Under the pieces are notes generated by a model that worked only from the letters and a program-made list of their open reading frames with translations, did not search any database and was not told the origin of the DNA. A stretch of 36,012 nt of DNA, taken from the NCBI GenBank assembly GCA_013416795.1, contig RQSC01000678.1, positions 1-36,012 of the forward strand, given 5' to 3'. Both the position numbers and the translations under genes were made by a program. This document shows, in pieces, positions 9,955 through 19,784 of the stretch (the stretch's first letter is position 1; each line of letters starts with the position of its first letter). This DNA comes from Prasinococcaceae sp. CCMP 1430. Its lineage: Eukaryota > Plantae > Prasinodermophyta.

Positions 9955-11617
9955 ATGCGCGCAGATGAAGGTGGGGCGATGTGCAGCAGCAGCGGGCGGC
10001 CTCCGGCCTTCGTCCGCGGCTCGCCGGGGCCGCAGCGTGTGACCGCGACTCCCGACGGCATGGCGCCGCTCGTTGGCGCTGATGGGATCGAGCTTCGCAA
10101 GCCACGACCAGTGGGAGGTGCTGACCGGGCGAGCACGCTGGGCAAGCGCCAGCGAGATGCCGCCCTCGCCGGGAACTCCCTCGCGAAGCTCATGAGGAGA
10201 GAAATGGGTGGGCGCCTGGCGAGTGCGCACGCTGGCTTCTCGCGCTCGAGCAGCGCGGTACGTTGGCGCGCTCCCGGGTTCCCCTGTCGCGTGCCTGCGC
10301 GCGCTTGGTGCGGCCTCCTGCCGTCCCATGCAGCGTTCTCGTATGCAAGCATGAATCATCTCGCGATGTCTTGCTGACCGACGTCGCCCACGCGCCGGTC
10401 CACGTCTCCTTTGCGGCCGCTGCCGCGGTCACGACGCACAGGAGCGATTTCGCAACATATCCCTGCAGTTCGAGTTCGACACGCACGACCCGGAGGGCCA
10501 CAAGCACCTCAAGCTGCCGTTCCTGAAGCGGAGGAGCCGCATAGTGGAAATCGTGGCCGCGAAAGATATCGTGTTCGCGCTGGCGCACTCGGGTGTGTGC
10601 GCCGCATTCAGCCGCGAGACGAACAAGCGCATATGCTTCCTCAACGTGAGCCACGACGAGGTGATCCGCTCGCTTTTCTACAACAAAAACAACAACTCGC
10701 TCATCACGGTGTCGGTGTACGCCTCGGACAACTTCTCGTCACTCAAGTGTCGCACCACACCCCTCGAGTACGTTCGCCGCGGCAAGCCGGATGCGGGCTT
10801 CCCGCTCTTCGAGTCAGAGAGCCTGCGCTGGCCTGGCTTCGTCGAGTTCGACGACGTGAACTCCAAGGTGCTCACCTATTCGGCGTGCGACGGCGTATAC
10901 AAGGTCTTCGATCTCAAGAATTACGACCAGCTGTACGCCGTGTCTGACCGCGGCGTGCAGGAGATCAAGATCAGCCCGGGAATAATGCTTCTCATCTTCG
11001 ATCGCCAGGCCAGCCACGTTCCGCTGAAGCTTCTCTCTATCGAGGATGGCAGGGTCATGAAGAGCTTCCACCACATGCTGCACCGCAACAAGAAGGTCGA
11101 CTTCATCGAGCAGTTCAACGAGAAGCTGCTGGTGAAGCAGGAGAATGAGGACCTGCAGATCCTGGACGTGCGCGACGGCAGCCTGATCAAGGTGTCCAAG
11201 ACCGACTTTCTCACGCCCTCGGCCTTCATCTTCCTGTACGAGAACCAGCTGTTCCTGACGTTCCGCAATCGCACGGTGTCGGTTTGGAACTTCCGCGGCC
11301 AGATGGTGACGTCATTCGAAGATCACCTGCTGTGGTATCCTGACTGCAACACAAACAACATCTACATCACCGCGGAGCAGGACCTCATAATATCGTACTG
11401 CAAGACGCAGAGGCAGGAGTCGGACCTCATGATGGGCGTGGGTAGCATCAACATCAGCAACATCCTGACGGGGAAGTGTGTGGCCAAGGTGTGCGCGGGG
11501 GGAAAAGTGCCGTGGGAGGAGGCCCTCTCCGATGTCACGGCCATCTACTTCGACGAGGAGAGGAACGAGGTCCTCAGCGGCACCAAAAGCGGGCTTGTGC
11601 ATGTGTGGGCGAACTGA
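9955..11617 (+). CDS. Conserved plant/algal WD40-like beta-propeller protein of unknown function (resembles the Arabidopsis transducin/WD40-like At3g54190/At2g38630 type, from memory); exons 9955-10257 and 10442-11617
   Basis: GTACGT(10258)..CAG(10441) phase-0 intron joins ...KLMRREMGGRLASAHAGFSRSSSA to ERFRNISLQFEFDTHDPEGH...IVEIVAAKDIVFALAHSGVCAAFSRETNKRICFLNV. This is a strongly conserved plant-family sequence. The start ATG (9955, 9979 or 10039) is uncertain. Confidence 0.85.
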
Positions 11618-12278
11618 GTACACACTGTACGTAATATCCTCAACTTGTATCGAAGAGGGAGCGCTGCGCACGCACCCCGACGCACGAACGCGTTCGGACG
11701 CCTCGTCTGCTGATCTGCCTGCCACCGCGCGCTGGGAGCCGGGGCCGCCGCCCCCTGCCCGTGCCCGCCCCGGCTCTGCCGCCAGCGTGTCCTCGGACTC
11801 CGTACACTCCTTTGGTTTCGTTTCCCTCCAGTCTACCGGAGGGGCGCCCAAATAATCGAATCGAAGGTGCGCCAACCAATGCCGGGGAAAAAGACCCCGC
11901 GTTCGTCGAGCGCTGAATACAGGTCAAAATCCTATTCAAAGTCCACGGCCCGGCCGGAAACAGAAACGAAGGCCCGCAGCGTGCGCTGCTGGCATGTCGA
12001 CACTTTGCCTCGCACCCTCTTCGCATAAGAACAGTACGTAAAATTCGAAGCTTCTTGGCGCGCTGCGCTGGCACTCGCAGCGCGCGCCGCGCGCCGCGCC
12101 CAGGCGGCGCGGCACCCCTCGCCCCTCACCGTCGCGCTTGGCAGGGCGCCCCGGGCTCTCTCTCGCAGCTGCGCCTCCCCTCCCTCTTCGCGCGCGCTGG
12201 CGCGGGCGGGACGGCGCGGGTGAAACGAGTGGGCGCCGTCGCAGTTCGGCAGCGTCCAGCCGCGAGCGCGCGGGAGCC

Positions 12279-15113
12279 ATGTCTCCGCCACCGCCTCACG
12301 GCGCACGGGGTGAGGAGAGGAGGATCATGATGGAGCCCGCCGCAGGCTCAAATGCGGGCACGCAGCGGCATTCGCATGCCGTGGAGGAGTCGACCACGCC
12401 GTGGCGGTGGTCGAGGCGGCGCAGAAACGCTGCCGAGGGCGGAACTTGCACCACGAGCACAGATGAGGTGCCGCTGCGGCTGTACCCGCCGCGCCGCGCT
12501 TCGACCTCCGCCTACCACACCTTCGCGCGAATCCGCTACACCCTCCTTTCGAGCCTGTGGATGATGGGTGCGTCCATCTTCTTCCTGAGCATGCAGTTTT
12601 CGCTCTTCGAGGCGGGCGTGCGCGAGGGCAGCCTCGTGTTCGACACGTTTGGCAGCGCCGTCGCGTGGACGGCGCTGGTGTCCCTCATTCCATTCACAGC
12701 GGCGCTGGTGCTGCACGAGATCTGGCTTTTCACCAGCGACGCCGCCGACTCCCTCTGCTTCCCTGCGTACCGCTACATGCTCTCAAGCGCAGTGCGCTCC
12801 ACCCTGCGTTTCGGCCGGCCCTCGCGCAGGACCGAGGCTGACGTTACGGCGCGTCACGGCGCCGAGGAACGCCTCGTGCTCTTCATCACTGACGTCTTCG
12901 TCCTCACCATCGACGTGTTGCCCCTCGCGTACGCATTCTGGGTCTGGACCCTGAAGTCGCTCACGCTGTATATTGCCGCGAGCGTCGTGATGATGGCCTG
13001 CCACTCCGCAGCTTTCACACTGCTGCGGGCGATTCCGGCGGTGGTCGGTGCTGTCCGCAACGGGCTGGCAATCAACGCGTGGCTGTGCCGGCAATTCTGG
13101 GCGTGGGTGGCACGAGCGCGAGACGAAAGTGGGCATAGCGATGCAGTCGAAGACGTGCAAGCATCGGAGCGCACGGCACCGCTGCTCGCAGCGGAGCGCG
13201 GAGAGTCGAAGGAAGACTGTGCCAATCGCTCAGCTCCGTCCACCCCTGCCAGGCAGACACGAGACGGCACAGCCGGGGAAATCGATGGCCCGCCATCGAC
13301 GTCGACCGAGCCGCAGGAGCGCCTTGGAGGGCGGCGCGTCACTACTCTATCGACGGCACTACCGCGCCTGCACGGCAGCCACAGCGCGATGCGCGCGCAA
13401 GTGACCGCTGAATCGTTCTCCTCGCTCCCCCCCGACGAGTGGCCCACCAAGAAATTCGACAGGCTGCTCTTCGAGCCGCTGCACGGATTCTGGGTGGCTG
13501 ACCGCGTGCCGAAGACGGCAGGTACCCGGGGGCACCGCCGGCTCCGATCAGACATGCTCGACAGCAGCTTCGCTGACTCGTCCGACGAAGAGCAGCAGAT
13601 TGAGCACACGCCCGTATACCACGGCGCCTTCAGCATCCGAGTGGCGGCTCGGTCGTCCATCACCACGATTGGCGCGAACGTCGTGAGCGAAATCAAAGCG
13701 CTGCTGTGTACGGTGGCGCGCTTCGCAGGGCTCAGGCGCCTGTGGCGAGGGCTGCGTGCGGCGATGCCATCGTGTTTCGGCAGGACGATGCTATGGACAG
13801 GCACCATTCGCAAACGGGTGACGGCGAGCGGCATGTGGCCCTCCTTCGTTGTCCTGGTGGGAATGGCGTGGCTTGTTGGAGTCAACCTGCTGCTAGCTTT
13901 CGTTCAGAGCCGCATTCACTCGGTCGAGGATAGCGTGGTGGGGATGCGCGTGGCTTCCGTCGCGCTGTACGGATTTGTCAACATCTGGTTCGGGTCGCAT
14001 GCCGCCAGTGTGATGCACTCCAAACGCGCCTTCCTCGCGGTCATCGTGTTCTTTTGTCTCATCAACGTGCTCTCCGTCGGTGTAAGCTCGAGCTCGATCA
14101 GCCTTGGGGCCGGGCCGGGCCCGATATGCTGCGACGACGCGTCCAATGAGTTCGGTAGCACCAGGCATCCGTACGAAGTTTGCGCTCTCCAGGCCAACGT
14201 GCCACCATATGGGAACCTCTCCAGCAGCCAGACCACCCTGTTCGGGACTGTCGGCTCCGGAGAGACGATCGCGGACGCCGACGCCCCGCGCTCTCTCGAC
14301 ATCATCGACTTTGCCCTCTTCTCCGTGCTGCCGTACTACGGCGACGATGGCGCCCTCAACAGCACGCTGAACTCATGGTACGGGCCCAGCGGTGACGACT
14401 GGTACGTTGGATACGTTGCCTCGGCACGCGATAACGTGGTGCGAGTCCTGGACATTCGAAGCCCGTCTCGCAACATGAGCGTGATTGCCTTCCGAGGCAC
14501 GGCCACTGGCGGTGATGCAATCTCCGACCTGAGTACGTGGTATTCGAGCATTTTCCTTGACATGGCCAGCCTCTTCCTGCCGCTGTCGTCAGTACTCCCG
14601 CTCAGCTTCATCCAGTGGTTTGTGGACACCACTAGCGCCCTGCAGTCGTCGCTGGTGCCACCCATCTTCGATCTTTCCATTGAGTTCACCAAGCGAGTGA
14701 TGCAAGAGCGCCGCGTGGTGCTCACTGGACACAGTCTCGGCGCGGCGGTGGCCAACGTGGTGGCGGCGTCCACGGACCTGCGTTCTGTTGCATTTAGTCC
14801 CCCGGGGGTGGTTTGGTCGGCGAAAAACTTTGGCATCTCGAAAGACTTTGTCGCCTCTAACACGGTGTCAGTGGTCCCCGATCGTGATCCCGTCACGAAG
14901 ATTGACATGCAGGGGGGGCTCGTCCAGAGCATACGCTGCAAAGACGGGCTGAGTAGCGTGACCTGCCATTCGCTGTACCTCACGGCGTGTGTGCTGTGGC
15001 GCAGCTGCGTGGAGGAGTCGCACGTGGCCAAGGCAAGCGGCAGGCAGGCCGCGTTCGAGGTTTTGCAGGGCAGAGGCGCATGCCAGGCGGCCTACGGTCA
15101 GCAGCAACCATGA
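12279..15113 (+). CDS. Multi-pass membrane protein with C-terminal class-3 lipase (alpha/beta hydrolase) domain, Atg15-like motifs
   Basis: About seven hydrophobic segments, then VIAFRGT, the nucleophile elbow LTGHSLG (14727-14741), AFSPPG, a candidate catalytic Asp in DRDPVTKID and a candidate His in CHSL. Confidence 0.82.
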   Translation: MSPPPPHGARGEERRIMMEPAAGSNAGTQRHSHAVEESTTPWRWSRRRRNAAEGGTCTTSTDEVPLRLYPPRRASTSAYHTFARIRYTLLSSLWMMGASIFFLSMQFSLFEAGVREGSLVFDTFGSAVAWTALVSLIPFTAALVLHEIWLFTSDAADSLCFPAYRYMLSSAVRSTLRFGRPSRRTEADVTARHGAEERLVLFITDVFVLTIDVLPLAYAFWVWTLKSLTLYIAASVVMMACHSAAFTLLRAIPAVVGAVRNGLAINAWLCRQFWAWVARARDESGHSDAVEDVQASERTAPLLAAERGESKEDCANRSAPSTPARQTRDGTAGEIDGPPSTSTEPQERLGGRRVTTLSTALPRLHGSHSAMRAQVTAESFSSLPPDEWPTKKFDRLLFEPLHGFWVADRVPKTAGTRGHRRLRSDMLDSSFADSSDEEQQIEHTPVYHGAFSIRVAARSSITTIGANVVSEIKALLCTVARFAGLRRLWRGLRAAMPSCFGRTMLWTGTIRKRVTASGMWPSFVVLVGMAWLVGVNLLLAFVQSRIHSVEDSVVGMRVASVALYGFVNIWFGSHAASVMHSKRAFLAVIVFFCLINVLSVGVSSSSISLGAGPGPICCDDASNEFGSTRHPYEVCALQANVPPYGNLSSSQTTLFGTVGSGETIADADAPRSLDIIDFALFSVLPYYGDDGALNSTLNSWYGPSGDDWYVGYVASARDNVVRVLDIRSPSRNMSVIAFRGTATGGDAISDLSTWYSSIFLDMASLFLPLSSVLPLSFIQWFVDTTSALQSSLVPPIFDLSIEFTKRVMQERRVVLTGHSLGAAVANVVAASTDLRSVAFSPPGVVWSAKNFGISKDFVASNTVSVVPDRDPVTKIDMQGGLVQSIRCKDGLSSVTCHSLYLTACVLWRSCVEESHVAKASGRQAAFEVLQGRGACQAAYGQQQP

Positions 15114-15239
15114 CGAGCTGCTACCCACCAGGCGGATGCGTAATATGTTCACTTCTTTAATAAGTCACCAGCTCCTCGCATATTATGGCGCCTGCCTATC
15201 GCGTGCGTGGTCAAGGATCTCCAAAGTCACCTCCTTGCG

Positions 15240-16145
15240 TCAGACAGGCGGCAGCTTGTCGTCAGCTCGTCTCCGCCCTTTGCCCTTTTTGCGCAGCAGC
15301 AGCGGCAGCAGCAGCGGCGCGAGCAGAATCATGCTCAGCATGCACATCATCGGCAGCGAACGCGTGTATATCTCTGACAGGCTGTTGAGTTTGGAGATCT
15401 CGAGACCGCCCTTCACGGGCACTGACTGCGTCACGCACAGGCCCAGCAGCGTGGTGGCCAGGAAGATGTTGAAGGGAATGCCTACGATGGGCGCCGCCAC
15501 GTTGACGAACACGTTCGGGAACGCGGGCGTCACGCGGATGAACGCCATGTACCACAGCAGGCGATGGCGCCGCTTGCCCACCTCGTCCTGGAAGAGCCGG
15601 AGCTTCACCGGCCAGAGCCATAGCGCAAGGGGCCGCCCGACCGCCATCGAGGCCGCGTAGCACATGCATGCGCCCACCAAGCAGCAGAACACCACCAGCG
15701 CCATGCCGTAGCCGAAGCCGAAAAGCGCCCCAGCGAGCACGCTCAGCGCAATGCTGCCGGGGATCGCGAAGGTCATCATGAAGATGTACGTGGAACAGAA
15801 GAGGGAGAGCACCTCCCCGGGCGCCACTTCGAACCATCGCTCCAGCACCACCAGTAGCGCCTTGATGTCCTCCATGGAGTGCGGCAAACGCGCCTCCCCA
15901 CCGAACGCGCGCATCCTCGGCAGCAGGTGCGCGTACAGGCCCGCGAGCCCCGCGAGCCCCAGCCCGAACGCACACAGGGCGCCGATCATGAGCTTCCTTT
16001 CGCCGGCCTCTTTTCCCTTGACCGTCACCTTAGAGACGTCCTCTGCTGCGACATCCGTGGCGTCTGCGGTCGCCAGGACATGCGCGCCCTTCTTGCCGAT
16101 GCCCGCGCTGCTCACGCCAACCCCCGCCGCCGCCGTCCTGTCCAT
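15240..16145 (-). CDS. TMEM41: TMEM41-like VTT/SNARE-associated (DedA superfamily) membrane protein, putative ER lipid scramblase
   Basis: YIFMMTFAIPGSIALSVLAGALFG...LLWYMAFIRVTPAFPNVFVNVAAPIVGIP matches the TMEM41A/B VTT-domain pattern. ATG at 16145 was chosen; a longer in-frame start is possible. Confidence 0.85.
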   Translation of the reverse strand: MDRTAAAGVGVSSAGIGKKGAHVLATADATDVAAEDVSKVTVKGKEAGERKLMIGALCAFGLGLAGLAGLYAHLLPRMRAFGGEARLPHSMEDIKALLVVLERWFEVAPGEVLSLFCSTYIFMMTFAIPGSIALSVLAGALFGFGYGMALVVFCCLVGACMCYAASMAVGRPLALWLWPVKLRLFQDEVGKRRHRLLWYMAFIRVTPAFPNVFVNVAAPIVGIPFNIFLATTLLGLCVTQSVPVKGGLEISKLNSLSEIYTRSLPMMCMLSMILLAPLLLPLLLRKKGKGRRRADDKLPPV

Positions 16146-17064
16146 CGCGCCTGCCACGAGCGACCCCGCCTCGCGGCCGCCTGGCGCGGCCGCCTCGCGG
16201 CCGCGCCACCCGCTGCTGCCACCTGCCGCTCCGCCTGCATCGCTGCCTCCGCCTTCCCCCTCGCTGCCGCCGCCCGCGCCGGCGCGCACGTGCAGCGTGT
16301 GCCCCTCCTCCCCGCCTGCGCTCTCGCCGGTTTGCGCGCGCGCCCCAGCAGCATCATCTCATCCGGCCCCTCCAAAAAGGCTTCCAATTCCCAGCCAGAT
16401 GCCCTTCATTCCCCCAGTCATCAGTCAGGACCGCGGGATCCCGATTCCCGCACCCCACCAACTCCAACCCGGATGCAAGTGGACACGGCCCGGTGTGTCC
16501 GTTGCGAGCATTCTCACCTACGTATGCCACCACCAGCCAGTCTTCGACCACCGCCTGCACGTGCCATGCGCGGGGTTTTGATGGTACGAGCCCAAACTCC
16601 GCGCGAAATCAGAAGCGGCGAGCGCGCGCCGTAGATATTATTATCATCCGCGGCCTGCTGTCGTGCGCGCGCGCGCGCGACGCGCACTCGCGTGCACTCC
16701 GACGCACGGATCTTTTCTTGGGGTGGGCTGCTCCTGCCTCTTCTGCTGCTGCTGCTGCTGCTGCCGCTGCCTCTTTCGAATTCGAGCTCGCCCGCAGGTG
16801 CGCTGCGCGGCCGGGCGGCGATCGGTGCGCCCGGGCAGAGGCAGAGCTCGCGCGCGGCCGGCGGCGGCGAGGGACGGGGGTGGGGGAGGGCCACGTCCGC
16901 GCGGGCCTCGGATCATCGATCGGACGGGCGCGGTCCCGTCCGCACCCCGCTGCGCCGCGCGAGAGAGAGAGGGAGAGAGAAAGAGAGAAAGAGAGAGAGC
17001 GTCGGTGCGCGTGGCGGGCCGCGGCTGATTCGCCGCGTCCTCTCTGACGTTGGCACGCGTGGCG

Positions 17065-19521
17065 ATGATGCGCCGCGCCGCCGCGGCTGTGGCGGCGGCG
17101 GCGCGCTCGGCCGCGAGCGAGTCGTGCTGCGGCAAGGATATCGCTGTCGCCGGTTCGAGGTCAATGGCTTCTAAGTCCAGAGGCACCGCCAGCAAACCGC
17201 GCGCAAAGTCGGCCAAGCCGCGCACAAAGTCGAGCAGCACCAGCAAGCCGAAGGTCGCAGCGGCCACGGCCAAGCCTGCTGGCGAGACGGTCACGAGCAG
17301 TGGAGGCGGCGGTGGCCTGCCAGTCGGGCAGATGCTGACGGCCGTCGCTCTCAGCACAGTGGCGATGGGAACGACCATGTATATGGGCGGGGGCGATGAC
17401 ATCATGAAACCCAAGGCGTTGCCCTTCAGAGGCACTGAACAACCGGAGGCCGCTGTCGTTTCTACCGGTGATGACGCTGCACTCACGGGGGAGGTGACAG
17501 ACGCGCCGGCGGCGGGCGAAGGCATGGGAGGGGTAGACGCGCCCGCTGCTGCTGCGCAAGCAGACGAAGAGGAGCGGGAGGCGCGTACCATGCTGTCAAA
17601 CTTACTCAAGAAGATACACCGGCCAAGTAGCTCGGAGGAGACCGACACGCCCGCGGCGGAGGCTTCGGCGTCGGAAGTAGACCTGCCCGCGACGGGCGCC
17701 GCGGAGGAGAGGGCAGACGCGTCTGATGCTGCGACGCACCAAGAAGGCAGGGACGAGAGGAAAGCACGTACAACATTGTCAAATTTCCTCCACAAGTTGC
17801 GCGGGCCTATCGCCTCGATTGCCTCGAAGCTTGGGGAGAACAAGGTTGCGACGACTGACACAGTCGCAGCGGCGGAGGCGGCGGTGGAGGCGACCGTTAC
17901 TGCCGCCAAGGATGCTGCCGCAACTGCCGAGGCGGCCGCGACGGAAGCCGTCGAGGCTGCCAGAACGGCAACGCTGGACGCCGCCGAGGCCGCTGAGGTC
18001 GCGGAGGTGGCTGCGAGGGAGGGGGCGGCGTTAGGTGGCGCTTCTCGCGAAGCTGCTGCGGAGGCTCATGCAGCGAAGGGAAGCACAGGTGCAGTGGCCA
18101 CACCTGCAGCAGCGGCGACGACGTCTTTGCCCTCAGACCGCGTGGCCGAGGCGAAGGCGCTGCTCTTCGAGGCTGAGTCCAAGTTGCTCAAAGCGGCACC
18201 TACGACGTCCTTGCGCTCAGACCGCGTGGCCGGTGCGAAGGCGCTGCTCTCAGAAGCTGAGTCCACGCTGCGCAGAGTGGCACCTACGACGTTGATGCCC
18301 GCAGACCGCGTGGCCGATGCAAAGGCGCTGCTGTCCAGGGCGGAGTCTGCCGTGCTAAAAGCGCGCATGGAGGATCTCCTGTTGATGGCGGAGGCGACGC
18401 TGTCGCCTGGTGGCGATTCGGATGGACCAAGGAGTTCTGGTGACGCCCCTGCAGCCGCCGACGTGGACGGATTGGCGGCAGGAGAGGCGCGCCTTCGCTC
18501 AAGCGAGTTCCATGCGGTGAAGGCGGCTCTTGAAGAGATGCGGCGGCAGCATGAGGAGAAGCAGAACCAAATGGACGCAAGCATCGAGGCTGCCAAGGAA
18601 CGCGAACGCGCTGCCATCGAGGAGATGACTGCGCAGGTTGAGGCTGCAAAGGAGGACGCGAGCGCAGCCGTAGATGAGATGACTGCACGGGTTGAGGCTG
18701 CCGAGAAGAACGAACGCGCGGCCGTGGACGAGCTGACCTCGCGGGTCGAGGCCGCCAAGAATCGCGAGCAAGCAATACTTACAAAGGCGAGGGAAGTTCT
18801 GCGCGACGCCGCGATCAAGAATAAGGAGACGGTGGACAGGGCCACGGCTGACAAGCGTGTGGCCGAGATGGCGGCGCAAGCGACCACCGAGCGCTTGGAG
18901 GCACTCGAGAAGGCTCTCGTTCTCCGCCAGGCAGACGGGCAGCGCGAGCGGCGTGCGCACGCTGTGCACGCGGGCGTGCATGCGCTCAATCTTGCGCTGG
19001 AGCGCGGTGCGGCCCTCGACCACGAGGTCGCTGCTCTGCGCGCTGCCTCAAAGGCGCCATACGAAGACGACAAGCCTGACGCCGTGGTGGTGGTTGCTTC
19101 GGATTCTCTGCCGAGCTCTGCACTGGAGGCTGGGCTGCCCACGCGCGGCGAGCTCAATAAGCAATTCGACGATGCGTCTGGCATCGCCAGGAGGCTGGCA
19201 GCAGTGCCGGCGTTTGGCGGCGGGCCGGTCGCATACGCCATGGCCGGGCTGGCGGCGTGGCTGAAGTTCGATGAGGAGGTGGACACGTCGGGACCTGTGT
19301 GTGTGCGCCCAACCCCTGAGCAGACCGTCGCGCGAGCGCGCGCTGCGCTGGCGAAGGGCGACTTACAAGACGCAGCGGACTTGTTCGAAGAGGGTTTCCG
19401 GGGTACCGCGGGCGCCGAGGAGGCCGCCCGATGGGCCGACGTTGCTCGGAGACGCGCTGTTGCCGAGCAGGCTCTCGAGTTCATGAGGGCGCATGCTGCG
19501 ACGCTTGCCTGCGCCAAATGA
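17065..19521 (+). CDS. MIC60: MICOS subunit MIC60 (mitofilin)
   Basis: R/S/A-rich presequence-like N-terminus, a single TM (LTAVALSTVAMGTTMYMGG), a long coiled coil and a C-terminal mitofilin-type segment (VARARAALAKGDLQDAADLF...ARWADVARRRAVAEQALEFM). Confidence 0.82.
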   Translation: MMRRAAAAVAAAARSAASESCCGKDIAVAGSRSMASKSRGTASKPRAKSAKPRTKSSSTSKPKVAAATAKPAGETVTSSGGGGGLPVGQMLTAVALSTVAMGTTMYMGGGDDIMKPKALPFRGTEQPEAAVVSTGDDAALTGEVTDAPAAGEGMGGVDAPAAAAQADEEEREARTMLSNLLKKIHRPSSSEETDTPAAEASASEVDLPATGAAEERADASDAATHQEGRDERKARTTLSNFLHKLRGPIASIASKLGENKVATTDTVAAAEAAVEATVTAAKDAAATAEAAATEAVEAARTATLDAAEAAEVAEVAAREGAALGGASREAAAEAHAAKGSTGAVATPAAAATTSLPSDRVAEAKALLFEAESKLLKAAPTTSLRSDRVAGAKALLSEAESTLRRVAPTTLMPADRVADAKALLSRAESAVLKARMEDLLLMAEATLSPGGDSDGPRSSGDAPAAADVDGLAAGEARLRSSEFHAVKAALEEMRRQHEEKQNQMDASIEAAKERERAAIEEMTAQVEAAKEDASAAVDEMTARVEAAEKNERAAVDELTSRVEAAKNREQAILTKAREVLRDAAIKNKETVDRATADKRVAEMAAQATTERLEALEKALVLRQADGQRERRAHAVHAGVHALNLALERGAALDHEVAALRAASKAPYEDDKPDAVVVVASDSLPSSALEAGLPTRGELNKQFDDASGIARRLAAVPAFGGGPVAYAMAGLAAWLKFDEEVDTSGPVCVRPTPEQTVARARAALAKGDLQDAADLFEEGFRGTAGAEEAARWADVARRRAVAEQALEFMRAHAATLACAK
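18118..18369 (+). repeat. Three 84-nt (28-aa) tandem coding repeats in MIC60
   Basis: Units start at 18118, 18202 and 18286: TTSLPSDRVAEAKALLFEAESKLLKAAP / TTSLRSDRVAGAKALLSEAESTLRRVAP / TTLMPADRVADAKALLSRAESAVLKARM. Confidence 0.9.
18610..18771 (+). repeat. Three 54-nt (18-aa) tandem coding repeats in the MIC60 coiled coil
   Basis: Units start at 18610, 18664 and 18718: AAIEEMTAQVEAAKEDAS / AAVDEMTARVEAAEKNER / AAVDELTSRVEAAKNREQ. Confidence 0.85.
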
Positions 19522-19784
19522 GCACACGGCATTCTCTTTTTATCGCACGCGTCTCGGCTGCGTGCCCTGTCTCCTCCGTGTCTGGCGCAAGTGCGGACGC
19601 CAGCTGTGTGTGCAAAAGTACGCTCTTTTAGAAAGCCAGTCCGAGGCGGCGCGGCTCGCTCAGCGCTTGTGGGGAAAAATGTGCATGGAGTGCCGGTGCG
19701 ACGTCAGGACAAGGGCCTGCAGTCGCGCACTCGTCGCCGTGGAGACTGTGAGTACAGCAGAGCGCGAGGGCAACGCGCAGAAGC

